From contig NC_058368.1 of NCBI RefSeq assembly GCF_018350175.1, positions 106,766,001-106,830,000 of the forward strand: a DNA stretch of 64,000 nucleotides, given 5' to 3'. This DNA comes from Felis catus (lineage: Eukaryota). The position numbers were made by a program, and so were the translations under genes. Below are positions 1 through 13,876 of this stretch, in pieces (position 1 is the stretch's first letter; each line of letters starts with the position of its first letter). A model generated the notes under the pieces. The model had not been told where the DNA came from and did not search any database. It worked only from the letters and a program-made list of their open reading frames with translations.

Positions 1-1320
1 TCTAATCTCCATTTTCAGTCCCCGAGCAATGCCTCTGTCAAACCTGTCTGTCTCAGCCTTGAACCTCTGTGGGGTTCTACCACATTCATAAAATCCTCCT
101 CTGTTTAATTTGGGCATGGGTCTACTAAATCGGTTCATGTTCTTGTATGAACCTTCTGTTTTTCCAAAACATGGGCAAGGTGATTTACTCTTTTAGTTAA
201 ATGTAATCATTCCATAACACTATTTTTTTATGTTTCTGAAGACAGAAAAAAAGTCTCAAGTAGTTAGCTAACCATCTTCAACTAGGGGCCACTCTGCACT
301 AAATTATAATCAGCGGGAAAAACTAAATGTTAGTTGGCATATGGATTTAAAGTTCATTTCAAATCTTTATTTTATAATATTTAGTACTCATGTGTTCTTT
401 GGCAAGTCATTCCACTTGTCCAGGCCTTAATTTCTTCATATAATGAGCTTAGATGTATTTTATACAGATAGGAGGATTCCGGAGCATATAGATAATTCAA
501 TAACACTAGATATTATTTTAATAAACTTTGTTATTTAAAAATGCATTAAAACTTACACTTGCAAGGTTATATAGTTCTTTGTGTTCAAGGATATTTCTTC
601 AGAGGTATTTATTAATTAGTAAAATGGTACATGAATCTTTGATGAAAGAGTATCAATGATTTCACATACTGTGTTACTGCTAATTCAAACCAAAAGATCA
701 ACTATCTTGCAGAAATTATTGGCTTAACTAATATTTCATTATCTTATACTCTGCAGTTGGGCCATCTTATAAGGCAAGAAATTTTCAGAGGAAATACTTT
801 TCAGTATTCAATCACAGTTTTTTCGTTGTATTAGTTAAAATTGTATTTTACAAAATAAAATTTTTAAATATATTAACTCAGAATATAAATGTGAGTTCAA
901 GAATGTCTTATATGCCGTTTATTTTATTTTAGGGTTTTTTTGCAACTACATTATTCACAAGAATTGAAAAATACTTAATTTAATCATTGCTTTTTAATTT
1001 GTATTTTCCAAGTTGTGACCATTCATGACAATGAAAACTGGTATTTCCAAAATGTATTCTTATAGTATGCTTTTTTGAGAATTGGACAATTGATGAAATA
1101 ATTTAATCTGAGATATTAAATTGAGAAGAGTGTTAAGAGTTTACTGAGTGACTAATACACAATTTCTCTTATAATTTCATTCATAAGGACTAGATATCAC
1201 AGCTTAATATAGACATATTTGAATGTAAGGAATTTCATTTTTCAGTTTTTTCTACTGATTCCTAGCATAAAGGTTTACATTTGAATCTGAAATGTGATAA
1301 TTCATGTTTGTGTCTTCTAG

Positions 1321-1426
1321 GTATAGCTTATTTGAGTGGAATGTGTAGTGAAAAGAGAAAATGTATTATTGCTGAAGACAATGGCTTGAATCTTGCATTT
1401 ACAATTGCTCATGAAATGGGTCACAA
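1321..1426 (+). CDS. ADAMTS19: ADAMTS19 internal coding exon, metalloprotease domain, first half of zinc-binding motif ([36 protein letters not shown])
   Basis: ttctag|GT acceptor and AA|gtaagt donor; 106 nt, phase 1 to 2; HEMGH reprolysin motif; peptide matches ADAMTS19 as I recall it. Confidence 0.96.
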
Positions 1427-1800
1427 GTAAGTAAAAATTCTGGCTATGCCACATATTGGCATATAGCTTTGTAATTTGAGTTATTGAATTGCATGCATAT
1501 CTTTTGGGTTTTTTAGGGGGAGGGGCTCAGGTGTTTTAAAAATTAGGGAAACAAAAAGAGGTGGTCAAGATCATCTAAATTTAAAGAGTATCTTCTAAAT
1601 ATTGTAACTATTCCCGATACTTTGAATAAAATCTTATTACATTATTAAAATTGACATTAGGACATGACACATGTTTCACTTCACTACACATTTCCAAATA
1701 ATATAAACATGACAATAATCATGACACTACAAAGCTATATATTATCCACATGTCGGAAGAAAACACTTTGTACAAATTAAAATACTTCCAAACTATAATA

Positions 1801-1850
1801 GTATAGTATAGTATAGTATAGTATAGTATAGTATAGTATAGTATAGTATA
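1801..1850. repeat. Pentanucleotide microsatellite (GTATA)10
   Basis: Perfect tandem array read directly. Confidence 0.95.
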
Positions 1851-2421
1851 GTGTAATAGTATTTGTTATTACCCTATACAGAGTAAAAGCCAATTAATCT
1901 GCATGGTTTGAAGTAATGTACTTGAAAGAAACTTCACCTGTTCACCCAGTTAATATGTAATGAACAGTCTGTCTCAGGAACAGGTCTAAGTACTTTACCT
2001 AATAGTTCACTTAAAACTCAACAAGCAAGGCTGTCATTTTACAGATGATGATAATAACAATAATAATTAGTAATAGCAACATTTACATAGTACTTTGTGC
2101 TACGACATTTCTACATGCTTTATATATATCCTCAGAACATTTTTGTTAGGTAAGGCTATTAGAGTACCCATCTTACAGGGGAGAAAACTGAAGCATGGAG
2201 AAATTAATTTAAGTTTAATTTAGTTGTGAAAATAGTACGTGTTGGAGGAAGGATTTAAATTCAGGTTATCTAATTCAGTCATACTGTTCTGTACTTTGCA
2301 TTATCTGCTCTCTTTGGGCCTCTGATCCCTCATCAGTAATAAGGTTGGTCTAAGATTCGGATTATGAACAACAAGCACATATTTACAGCCAGTATCTTAC
2401 AGTAGAAATGGTGTGGAGTCT

Positions 2422-2660
2422 GGGGCGCCTGGGTGGCGCAGTCGGTTAAGCGTCCGACTTCAGCCAGGTCACGATCTCATGGTCCGTGAGTTCGAGCCCC
2501 GCGTCAGGCTCTGGGCTGATGGCTTGGAGCCTGGAGCCTGGAGCCTGTTTCTGATTCTGTGTCTCCCTCTCTCTCTGCCCCTCCCCCGTTCATGCTCTGT
2601 CTCTCTCTGTCCCAAAAATAAATAAACGTTGAAAAAAAAAAATTAAAAAAAAAAAAAAAA
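2422..2660 (+). mobile_element. Young felid tRNA-derived SINE (SINEC_Fc type)
   Basis: GGGGCGCCTGGGTGGCGCAGTCGGTTAAG head, CT-rich body, A tail; perfect 17-bp TSD AGAAATGGTGTGGAGTC at 2404-2420 and 2661-2677. Confidence 0.95.
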
Positions 2661-2789
2661 AGAAATGGTGTGGAGTCAGACTGAATTTTGAATGTGGGCT
2701 TCCCTGCGTGCTAGCAGTATCAATTAAAATATGAAAAATATTTTAATTGGACTCACATTTAGTGAGGTCCTACACAGGGAGGTGCTCTT

Positions 2790-3095
2790 TATGGAGGCCT
2801 CTTTGGTCAAAGACATATTTAGTTTGGCTGGTAGTGTTTAAAAATTTGAATCAGTTGCCAACATTAAAAAGTATAAATTTGACATAAAAATTCAAATTTC
2901 CAGACCTGGCAACATTAGACCTACAGTCCCATATGGCAGCCATTCCTTGGAGCTGAGTAGTGTCTGTACCCTTTAGACTGGGGCCATCTTTTCCAGCTCA
3001 TCACAGGCTGAGGCACTGTGGTATTATAGTATTTATCAGACACCCAGTGCGCTTCATTTTCATCAGATGCCTGGACTCTGGAGCCAAGTGAGTAA
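2790..3095. mobile_element. Old hAT-Charlie MITE remnant (MER102-like)
   Basis: Resembles recalled consensus (cataaaaat..ctggcaaca..ggagctgagtag..ccctttagac); boundaries approximate. Confidence 0.55.
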
Positions 3096-4210
3096 ATTGA
3101 GCTATGAAAGCTTGGGAGAAGATTGTATAGGACATCACAGTGTTTGATTAAAAAAGCCTTTTATTCAAGTAAACTGAAGTAGAGGAAAATGGTCAAGTTA
3201 TAATGATACAGCTCAGTGAATTATCAGAAATTGAGCATACCTATGTGCCCGTAACCTAGTCTAAGACATGATGAACAGTGGTTTTATTTCTGGTGTCACT
3301 GTTTTTAAATGTGTAAATATACTTTCATTTTCTCCCATGCAGACTTTCAGTGGTCAGTGGAGTGCTGTAGAATACAACGTGTTTATTTGTTATTCAAAAA
3401 AGAAACAAAACAGATAAATAACATTCGAAGATCATCATTCTTAGGGAATATATGTAATGCAATAACCTAGTTCATTGTTGTACTCCAGGAATGATAGGAT
3501 TTAGACTCTTAATTCCAATATAGTTTTCTTAATTTAAAGATATTTCAGTGTAATCATAGTAAGGAAAACCATGTGCAATACTTGAATGAAAAATGCTGAA
3601 AGTAACGTTTAGGGGAAAGAAAAAGTTGGTATTAAAAATATTAAGACAATAAGTACAAATTCATGATTATAATTTTTAGAAGTTAAATGCAAGTTTCTGA
3701 ATAATATAAGCAGTGTGAGTATATTTTTATGAAACAGACAATCTGAGTAGTGGAAGGTTCACTTTAAGAAACGATCTTACTTTACTTTAGGATATGTAAA
3801 ATACATTTTTTAAATCTCTGATGTATTCTAAAATGTACGAAGAACACAGATTAAAGGAACCAACCACCACGCAGGTTACTTTATTAACATGCAAAGGTTT
3901 GGTCAAGAATTTCTACTTAAAAAACTAAATGATATAGTTTAAGGAAAGGCCACTTGAGCTTTATGTAGTAGAAACATTGGTTTATGACCAGGAACTCAGG
4001 TTGGAATGGCTAAAATGGTAGTAAAATATTATTTTATTTGCCTTTTATAGAGCTGTACCCAAAATCAATAGAGATGTGCCAAAGGTATGGGTAATGCTTG
4101 ATGAATTAAGACCAGGACATATGATATATGTTGAACTACTTAGTTACTAAAAATCCTCTTTACTTGTAAGCAGTATTTGTCTCAAAAGTGGGGGCTGGTA
4201 TTTCCCTTCT

Positions 4211-4414
4211 TAATTTTTTTAAATGTTTATTATTTTGAGAGACAGAGACAGAGAGTGAGTGGGGGAGGGACAGAGAGAAGGATATACAGAATTGGAAGCA
4301 GGCTCCAGGCTCTGAGCTGTCAGCACAGAGTCTGACGGGGGCTCAAACCCACGAACCACGAGATCATGACCTGAACCAAAGTCAGCTTAACCGACTGAGC
4401 CAGCCAGGCGCCCC
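4211..4414 (-). mobile_element. Can-SINE/SINEC_Fc
   Basis: Reverse complement of SINE consensus ending ...ccaggcgcccc. Confidence 0.92.
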
Positions 4415-5754
4415 AGTTTTCCTAAAGCTATAAAGTGGGATACATTAACAGTGAAGAGTAGTGGTGTCTTTAACAAAGGACACACAAAGGAACAAACAGG
4501 AGAGAGGTCATCTGTATAAATTATATCATCATCATCCAGTATAAGATATAAAGCACAATGAAAGGAAAATGTAGGAAGAAGAAAGAAAAATAAAACAAAA
4601 TTCATATACGCATAGCCTCTTGAATAAGCAAAGTTTTCACAAATGTTAGATAATTATGTCTATGGATCTGATGTGTCCACGCACACAAATCAACGGAGCT
4701 TTTTTTGTTAGGGATATAATTAAGTCAACTACTTAAGTGAAACTCTTAAATTCTTCTTTTGTCTTTTTGAATTTCTTTCTTTTGTTTTTTGGGAGAGGAT
4801 TATGTTTTCCAGTATATTTTCTTAGACAGAAAATGGATCGTATAATTTTGCAACCCACAACTTTAGAATGGCAGAGTGAGTCCATTCAAACTTGTCAATT
4901 CAAGAATGACTTTATAATTACACATGAAATGTTTCTAAACTGATTTGGGATGAGTGTGTTTATGTGTTGTATCTAAATTTGGTTTCTAGAATTTCCCAGA
5001 GAAACCCCACGTGTGGCTAGAAAAGTCAGTAAGGGGCACCAAGAAATAAAAGCCAAGTCTTAAGGGTAATTGAAGTACCCTTGAGTAATTGAAGAGAACC
5101 AAAAATCCTCTTTTACTATTTCAAAAGGGGAGTGAATCTTAAATGTAAAAAATGTATCGAATTTTCCTTTAGGAAATTTCCAATTAAAAAAATCTTGTAT
5201 GTAATTTATATAGAAGTATAGATTAGTGTCCATAGCAAGAAAGGGGAAATAGATGATTTATTCCAATGTTTTATGATTCCTTTTCACAGTTATTTTCCTT
5301 TCTAAACAATAGGTCAGGCATGTGATTTTTTTCTTATAACCAAAAATGTCAACCATAGAATGTTTTTATTGGTATTAAGTGTATTTATATTTATGAAATA
5401 CAAATGGGATCTTCATAAATTTATTGTCATAAAGGCTAAAACTTTATTTTTATAAATAAAAAATACCTTAGGAAGTTGTTCATGAATTTGACAGTTTGTT
5501 GGGTGCATATGTATACACATATACACTATATTTTATATACAACAGTTTGTTAAAGTAAGAAATTTTACTTTATTTCAGCCAGACTTTATTATGGATATAT
5601 AAATTGTACTTAGATTACTGTGTTTGGGGAGTGTCCCCAAGACCACCCTCAGGTTCAATGATTTGTTAGAAGGACTCAGAAAACTCAGTAAAGCTATTTT
5701 ACTCATACTGACAATTTATTACAGTAACAGGATATGGATTAAAGTCAGAAAAGG

Positions 5755-5976
5755 GGGGCACCTGGGTGGCTCAGTCGGTTGGGCGTCCGACTTCTGCTCA
5801 GGTCATGATCTCACGGTTCGTGGGTTCGAGCCCCGCATCAGGCTCTGTGCTGACAGCTCAGAGCCTGGAGCCTGCTTCAGATTCTGTGTCTCCCTCTCTC
5901 TCTGACCCTCCCTCATTCATGCTCTGTCTCTCTCTGTCTCAAAAATAAATAAACATTAAAAAAATTAAAAAAAAAA
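5755..5976 (+). mobile_element. Can-SINE/SINEC_Fc inserted in the LTR
   Basis: SINE consensus; TSD AAAGTCAG(A/C)AAAGG with one mismatch. Confidence 0.93.
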
Positions 5977-6349
5977 AAGTCAGCAAAGGAGCAGGCATCT
6001 GGGCCGGGTCTAGGGAACACCTGGCAGAAGCTTTACATTGTCTTCTCCCAGGTGAGTTGTGCAGAACTAACTGTGTGTTAATTCTCTAAACAATAATGTG
6101 TGAAAACACGCACAAAGTACTGCCCAACCCTAGAAACTAACCTGAGCCTTGGTATCCAGGGATTTTACTGGGTGGTAATGTTGGTCATGGAGGCACAGCT
6201 GACCACCTACAAAGCACACCTTCCACTTCCATCCTTTCCAGAGGTCCAGCTAGTCATGTCCTACCCCAAAATCATATTGTTATAAGCTATCTGACTTGTC
6301 CTGGAGTCCCCGAGTAAGCGAAGATATTCTTATCAGAAGAGATATTACA

Positions 6350-6531
6350 GGGGCTCCTGGTTGGCTCAGTCGAGTGAATGTTCGACTCTTGATTTCAGCT
6401 CAGGTCATGTGATGGAGCCCTGTGTCAAGCTCCATGCTGAGTGTAGAGCCTGCTTAAGATTCCCTCTCTCTCCCTCTACCCCTCTCCCCGACTTTGCTCT
6501 CTCTCTTTCTCTCTAAAATAAAAATAAAAAT
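6350..6531 (+). mobile_element. Older Can-SINE inserted in the LTR
   Basis: Diverged head (gactcttgatttcagctcaggtcat), CT tract, A-rich tail. Confidence 0.85.
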
Positions 6532-6964
6532 GAAGGGAGGGAGGATGGATGGATGTGCCAGATGCTTATAGGTTACCTCCCAGGATCTGGGCGAGAACCA
6601 CACCTGTCTTTTCTGTGTGCGAGTTTTGGACCACCCAAACCTGTTGCAGTAACTTTGTACTTCACAATTGCACAATATTTTTAAGCCTTAAGATATCATA
6701 CTTAGATTGCTAAAGCCTTTCTAAAAAAATAATAATGTCTTCTTTTATGAGCAGGCATTGTACTAAATACTGTGTACTCCTCTATAATCCAATCTCATAA
6801 AAATCTGGAGCTATATTTTGTGATTATTGTCTTTTTTACAGTTGAGGAAACTGAAGCTGATAGAGATTAATATTTCAGGAGTTCTTTTGATATTAAAAGC
6901 ATTCTTTTTTCATCACATATGTTGTTAATATTTCTCTAGTTCTATTAATTTAATCTTGTTTTTT

Positions 6965-7208
6965 TTTTTTTTTCAACGTTTTTTTTTTTTTTTTTTTTTT
7001 TTATTTTTTTTTTTTTTATTTTTGGGACAGAGAGAGACAGAGCATGAACGGGGGAGGGGCAGAGAGAGAGGGAGACACAGAATCGGAAACAGGCTCCAGG
7101 CTCCGAGCCATCAGCCCAGAGCCCGACGCGGGGCTCGAACTCACAGACCGCGAGATCGTGACCTGGCTGAAGTCGGACGCTTAACCGACTGCGCCACCTA
7201 GGCGCCCC
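6965..7208 (-). mobile_element. Young SINEC_Fc with expanded A/T tracts
   Basis: CpG-intact consensus; TSD TAATCTTGTTTTTT at 6951-6964 and 7209-7222. Confidence 0.95.
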
Positions 7209-8599
7209 TAATCTTGTTTTTTAATGTTTTTGAACCGAAAATGTTCTTAGTAGTCAAATGTTATTTTTTAAATTATTTCCTCTGTAGCTTTTTGTAGTTA
7301 GAAATGACATCTCATTCTAAAATTTAAAAAAATACATTTTTGTCTATTTGTTTTATATTTTCTTCTCTCTCTCTCTCAAGTCTTCTCCCTCACTCTTTTT
7401 TACTGTTAGAAGGCCACCTAGACTTTATTTTAGTGTATGTAGTAAAGTTCTCTCCATTAAATTTGATTGTTCATTAACTGCTCAATAAATTATCTTACCG
7501 TTCAAAATGTGGTCCCTGATGATGGAAAGAGCTATGCCAGAATAGAGCACATTGCTTGCTTCATTGAAAAAGTCTTGAAATGAAAAAGAAATGAACTGAA
7601 ATGAAATGAAAAGAAAGAAAAAAGAAATGAGAAAGAAAAGAGAAAAACAGTCAATTGAACTCAACTGTGTGCTTAGTGCTGTAGCCAATTTATATTGTAG
7701 CGCCAGCTGCTTATCTAGGTACAGATCGGTAAAAAGGAGTTCACCAATGGCAGCCCGGGCACGGACCACACTCTTGAGTGACCCTGCCACATAACACTCT
7801 AAGTTAGTGCTGCACGGAGGTCATGTTTGAGTTGGTAGAGAGCCCAACATTTTTCTTTTTAGCCTGAAAGGTGGTCTGCAATTGAATTGTGTATCTCTGT
7901 TCTTGTATATTTATGAAATATTTTTAGCCATAAATTCTGTGACATGATCCACTGCCAATAATACATGTTTTTCTGACACAAATATTTAGTGGCGTTGTAG
8001 ATAGTTTTGCTAAGTATAATACATGTAGACATTATAACAATACTATAAATATATAATATGTATCATATATAATGCATTTATAATTTATATAACAAAAAAT
8101 AGAAATATATACCGTATATACGTATCAAATCCTCTTTTTCTTTATGGCCACAAATAATTCACTCCTTCCAACTTGAAGTAAAGTAACCTCTTATATTGGA
8201 TAAGCTTTTACTAAAATTTATGCCCAGCTCTTAGAGATTGTAAAGTATGTAAATTACCAGAGAAATAATCGTTTTAAAGGTAATTGTTAGTAACATAATC
8301 CTGTGAGTTTTTTTCTAACCTTGCTAAATCTGGAGATTTCTTGGACAGCAGAACTACCCTGACTTAGCTCATTGAGACCAAAGACTTCTGTTCCCACCTG
8401 AAGAAGGAAGGTAATCATATTAGATGTATTTTAGAGAGTATGATTGCCAAAGCTCACACAGCCAATCAAGTGCCTGAGTGGATGTTCAGAGTCAAGCTAT
8501 CCGAATCCAGAGTTCATGTTGTTAATTACTGTGCTACACCTCAGATGCTGAAGGATACTTCTAATTACCTTACCTTTGCTCACATTGCTTCTGGGCTAG

Positions 8600-10030
8600 C
8601 CCTGTGTAATCTGTTCCTACCTTATCTCTTCAGCCATACTTCATACTACGTACCCTTTTATTGTTAGCACACTTGCAGCTCCATTAGAGTTTTTAGGGTT
8701 TCTCATGTGTTATGCCCCTTCACACTGAAGTGCATTGGCACATGTTACCCCCTCTGCCTGGAATACTCCCATTTCACGAATTCTCTCATCCTGATCATAA
8801 TTCATAGGGCATATCAGTAATCATTTCCTACAGCATGTGTTCTGTGTAGGTCAGTCTCTCCATTAAATACTTCATGGCACTATCTCTATAAATGTCCATT
8901 CATTCATCTATTCACAGGGTGTAAGCTCCAAGAGGTAATGAACTGTGCCAGTTTTTTGTTGTCATGGGATTCCTAATGCATTTGATAGCGTTTGGGACAT
9001 ATCAAGCGTTCAATATATATGTATTAAATCAGTGAATGCTTTAATATAGTAATTTTCTTAGTAAAATATTCTTATGCAAAGAATGTCAATGAAAATGTGT
9101 TAGAGGAAAGATGCTGCTGCACAAATTGTTTAGAATGTTTTTAAATATTGTCTGAAACTTTTAACAGGGAATCAGGTAAAGTTTTATAAAAACAATGTGG
9201 TGGACTCGTAAATATAGCCAAGGCCACATGGAGTAAGCCTTTATTCCATGCACATACAGAAATGACTCTCTGCAACCCAAAAGTGGCTCTGCCCTGAGGT
9301 CTTCCTGACACAGTAATTGGAAGCTCCATTCTTCTAGTTGCTCAGCTAAACACAATGAAATTATCTTTGAGCTCTCTCCGTTTCTCACTCTCCACATTCA
9401 ATCCATCAGCTCTTGACTCTGCCTTCAGGACATATCCACATTCTCTTTACATCTCACTAATTCTACTCTTGCCACTCTGGACCATACCACCATCATCTCT
9501 CATGTGGATTATTAAAGTAACCTCCTAAATGATCTTACTTTATCAGCCCTGGTCACTCACAACCTGTTTCAACTCAGAGCCAGGAAGACTCCTTCACAGC
9601 AATGCAAATTCTCCAGTTTTTTTGCATAGACTTCCAGTAGCTTCCTATCTCACCGGTAAAATCCCCAGCCCTTACATTGGCCCAGTAGGCCCTACCAGGT
9701 CTAGCCTCCTTCTCTACCGTTCCCCTCCTTACCAACATGGCTCCAGATACATCAGCCTCTTTTCTAAAACTCAAAACGCCTACTTCAAGCCTTTGCCTTT
9801 CTTCTTTAGATATTTGTTCAAGTACCACCTTCTCATTGAGGCCTTTCTGTTAATATTTCTTAAAAGTGTAGACACAACCACATTTATCTATCTATCTATC
9901 TATCTATCTATTTGTATGTGTACAGTGGATTCTTAACTCCTTAGTTCATTATTGTATTCTCAGCATCTAAAAGAATATTACTTTCATACTTGGCACATAG
10001 TATGTACTCAAAAATGTATTTTTTAAATGA
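8600..10030 (+). mobile_element. Degraded LINE-2 3' fragments (two pieces), including a (TCTA)n tract near 9885-9911
   Basis: L2-type motifs ccaccatcatctctc..., cctcctaaatgatct and cttggcacatagtatgtactcaaaaat..aatgaa tail; boundaries approximate. Confidence 0.6.
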
Positions 10031-10238
10031 AGATAAATTTGTTATTTCTAAAAGTGAAGTCTCTATGACCTCCTATGCTCTGCAGAAGAGCTGAATATAC
10101 AAATGTACTAATTGTCTCACAGAAATGAAAAATAATATTCTTCTTAAGGAACTTCATTGTTATATCTAAGTAATATATTGGCATTCCTTTTCATATTAAA
10201 AATTCACATTAGGAATCACATTAAGATTTGTATTGAAT

Positions 10239-10405
10239 GGGGGTTGCCTGGGTGGCTCAGTCAGTTAAGCACTGAGTTTGGCTCAGGTCACGATCTTGTG
10301 GTTCGTGGGTTCGAGTCCCATGTCAGGCTCTGTGCTGACACCTCAGAGCTTGGATCCTGCTTCAGATTCTGTCTCCCTCTCTCTCTCTGCCCCTCCCCCG
10401 CTCGT

Positions 10406-10450
<45 letters not shown>

Positions 10451-10485
10451 AAAACAAACATTAAAAGAGATTTTATTTTAAAAAA
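10239..10485 (+). mobile_element. Can-SINE/SINEC_Fc with (CT)n
   Basis: SINE consensus; degenerate TSD aagatt....ttgaat. Confidence 0.92.
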
Positions 10486-10859
10486 GATTCTTCTTGAATA
10501 GAATTTGAAAAGACATTGAGGTCTCCTATCCCCATATCAAATGCTTAAAAATCCCAAAAGGAGAATTTTTTTTTAATATAAGTAGCCACGATAAAGAGCC
10601 AGAAGGAGAAACTTCCACATATTAGAGGTAGAAGGCATCTTTCCATATAAAAGAGCTAGAATTTCTCATTCACTGGGTGCTTAATCTTGGTACTGGATGG
10701 AGTTGTTCAGGGTTGAATGCACTCTGGGGAGTGGAAGTCAAAGCTTCACAGTCCCTTAGAAGGCAATGTGTATTTCCAGCTGGCTTATGGCAAGTAGTTT
10801 GCTTCAGGACATGGAATGAAAAAAAAAAATCTATCAGCATCTAACATATTCTAATTACA

Positions 10860-12057
10860 AAGCTTCAGAGCATAAATAGAAACATTAACAAAACAGATAA
10901 ATAGCCACAATCATAGTAGGAGATTTTAACACTGCTTTCTGTATAGAAACTGAATAGAAAGATCTCTATAGAAGAGAAAAGATTTGAACAACTAAAAACG
11001 TTGGTCTACTGGGCAGATATGAAACCTGTAGCTGAGTAATAAAGAATACGTACTCTTTCAAAATACAGATATTTATGAAGAATGACCATATATTATTTTA
11101 TTCTTCAAGTCTAAACAAATTTCCTAAAATTAATTTACAGATGAATTTTTCTTATCACAATACAATTAAGTTAAACAACCAATAGCAAAAACAAGCTTAA
11201 TAAATACATAATAGAAATTTATACGCATACTCTGGAAAAACTCATTGATCAGAGAAGAAGTCATTAGGAAAACCAGAATACTCTCAGACTTAAACAATAA
11301 CAAATATACTATTTTGCAAGTTTGTAGCATTGCAGGTAAGGAGCAATTAGAGGAAAATGAGTAACTTTAAACACATATATAAAAATTAAATGATGAAATT
11401 AATGACCTAAATTTTCATATTAAGAGGTTAGAAGCATAACAACAAAGTAAGAGATATTAGAAGAAAGAAACCACAAAGAGTAGAAACTAATAAAATAGGA
11501 AAATGCAATGAAAGTGAATAATGAAGTCAAAATTAGATCTCTGAAAATATGAATAAAATTGGCAAATATAAAATTGATTAAGGAAAAAAGGCATAATTCA
11601 ACAGTATAGAAATTAGCAAAGGCAGTGTAACAGATACTGAAAGTATTAAAAAGATACTAAGAAAATAGACTGAATACTGTCATGATAAAAACAGATGAAA
11701 TGGGAAAATTCTAAGAAAATATAATAGAAGGACATAAAGCTCTATAACCATTTTAAAAAATTGTATCAGCGCTTTAGAATCATCCCAAAGAAAACACAAG
11801 TTCAGACACAGAAAAAGGTTCAATGAATAGATAATGCTAATATTAATCTAATTTTTCTAGAAAATAAAGGAACACCCTGCAACTCATTATTTGAGCTAGT
11901 ATTAATGTAACATAAAAATCAATAAGGGACAGTTATGAGGAATAAAAGTTGTAGTACTTTCTTATCTGAGAATGATGAAAAAATTCCTTTTTTTTTTTTT
12001 TGGTTTATTTACTTTGAGAGAGAGAGAGAGAGTACAAGTCAGAGAGGGGCAGAAAGC

Positions 12058-12109
<52 letters not shown>

Positions 12110-13500
12110 CCCAAGCAAGCTCCAACCCTGTCAGCATGGAACCACGTGTGGGACTCGAACCCACAAACCTTGAGATGATGACCTGAGCCAAATTCAGGAG
12201 TCAGGGTCAGCTTCTTTACTGACTGAACCACCCAGGTGCCCCAGAAAACATTTTCAAAATAAAGTAGCACTATGTAAACAAAGAAAGGTAATATAAGGGA
12301 ATAAAGTTGGCTTTATATCAGGATAGGAAAGGTCATTTATCATTTAAGAATCTTAATGCCCATGTCAATAGCTTAAAGGTAGAAGCTATATTATTTCAAG
12401 AGATGCACAATTAAAAAGAAAAACACTAAGACAAAGCTTGCTGATGTATATTCACCAAAATCAATGGGAAACATTATTCTTAATGGTGAAATATTAGAAA
12501 CATTTCTACAAATTAAGAAAATCACAAGAATCTCACATCTGCTTCTGTGTATATACTGGAGACAAACAAGTGAACCTTGGCAGAAAAATAAATAAAAGCT
12601 GTAGAGATGGGAATGGAAAAAAGATAGCTATTTTAATTTGCAAATGATGTGATTCCCTATATAAAATTATGATGTTATGTAGAAGTAAAGTATGGAATTA
12701 ATTCATGAATGTAGTAAGATTATTAAATATAAGAGAGACCAAAAAAACAGCTGTCAACACAAAAATACAAAATGTCATTAAAAAATGATACTATTTACTG
12801 TAGCAACTGAAAACACAGAGTACTTAGGAATGAATAAAAAAAAAGATAGGAAATTATATACCCCTATTAAAATTTATTGAGTGAAACCTGTGTCAGTGAA
12901 AATATACCACATTTGAGGATAAATTTATTCTCTTCAGATGTCAGTTCTGTTTAAATGATTTATAGATTCATGGAAATTCCAATAAATAGACCACCACAGC
13001 TTCTATATGGATGTTGGCAAATATTTTCAGCATTTGTATATAAGTGCAAATAGTCAAAATAGCCAAAACTTTCTTGGAGAAGGAAAAGACGAAGATAGAG
13101 GAGGATGAGAGGGAGACTAATGTAAGAACCTTTCCCTAACAGAAATCAAGACCAATTTTGAAACCAGAATAGCTAAGACATTTAAACATTTGTGAAAATA
13201 TGGGCAAATATGGTCTGATAGAACAAAATCTGGAGTAATAAATAAGTCCATGCCTAGAGGAAAACCTGATATGTGAGCAAGGTGTTGGCAGATCAGTATA
13301 GAAAGTTGACTTTTCGGAAAAATATGATAATGCACTTGGCTTACCGCATGTATAAAAATGAAATTGAATACCTTCAGATTATTTCTAAAAATCAATTCTG
13401 CATAAAATAAAGACTGATATATCACAGACAAGGCTTTTAAGAGAAAATATATGAGACTATCTTTAGGACGTTAGGGTTGAAATCATTTCTAAAGCAGCAC
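10860..13500 (+). mobile_element. Ancient LINE-1 ORF2 remnant (endonuclease to RT/C-terminal region), non-coding
   Basis: 10910-10933 reads IIVGDFNT (L1 endonuclease motif); 12637-12654 reads FANDVI (decayed FADD RT motif); A-rich, many stops. Confidence 0.8.
11988..12243 (-). mobile_element. Can-SINE with long (GA)n, nested in L1
   Basis: Reverse SINE consensus ending cccaggtgcccc. Confidence 0.92.
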
Positions 13501-13600
13501 ATACTCTGTGCCCTCTTTTGAAGACAGAAACATAAGACCTAATAGAGACATCTGACATAGATCTTAGAACTTATCTGATTGTTAAGCTTTTTTAATTTCT

Positions 13601-13840
13601 GGAACTCCTGGATGGCTCAGTCAGTTAAGTGTCTCACTCTTGATTTCTGCTCAGGTCATGATCTCACAGTTGTGAGATCGAGCCCTACATCAGGCTCTGC
13701 CCTAAACATGTAGACTGTTTGGGATTCTCTCTCCCTCTCCCTCTCCCTCTCCCTCTCCCTCTCCCTCTCCCTCTCCCTCTCCCTCTCCCTCTCTCTCTCT
13801 CCCCCCCTTCTCTTTCTCTCTCTTTCTGCCCCTCCCCAAC

Positions 13841-13876
<36 letters not shown>

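Larger units (their letters stand above)
5619..6666. mobile_element. ERVL-class solo LTR (MER21-like) interrupted by two SINEs
   Basis: TG...CA ends; ccccaagaccaccctcaggttcaatgat...aggactca start and ggttacctcccagga...cttcaca end resemble recalled MER21-group consensus. Confidence 0.6.
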
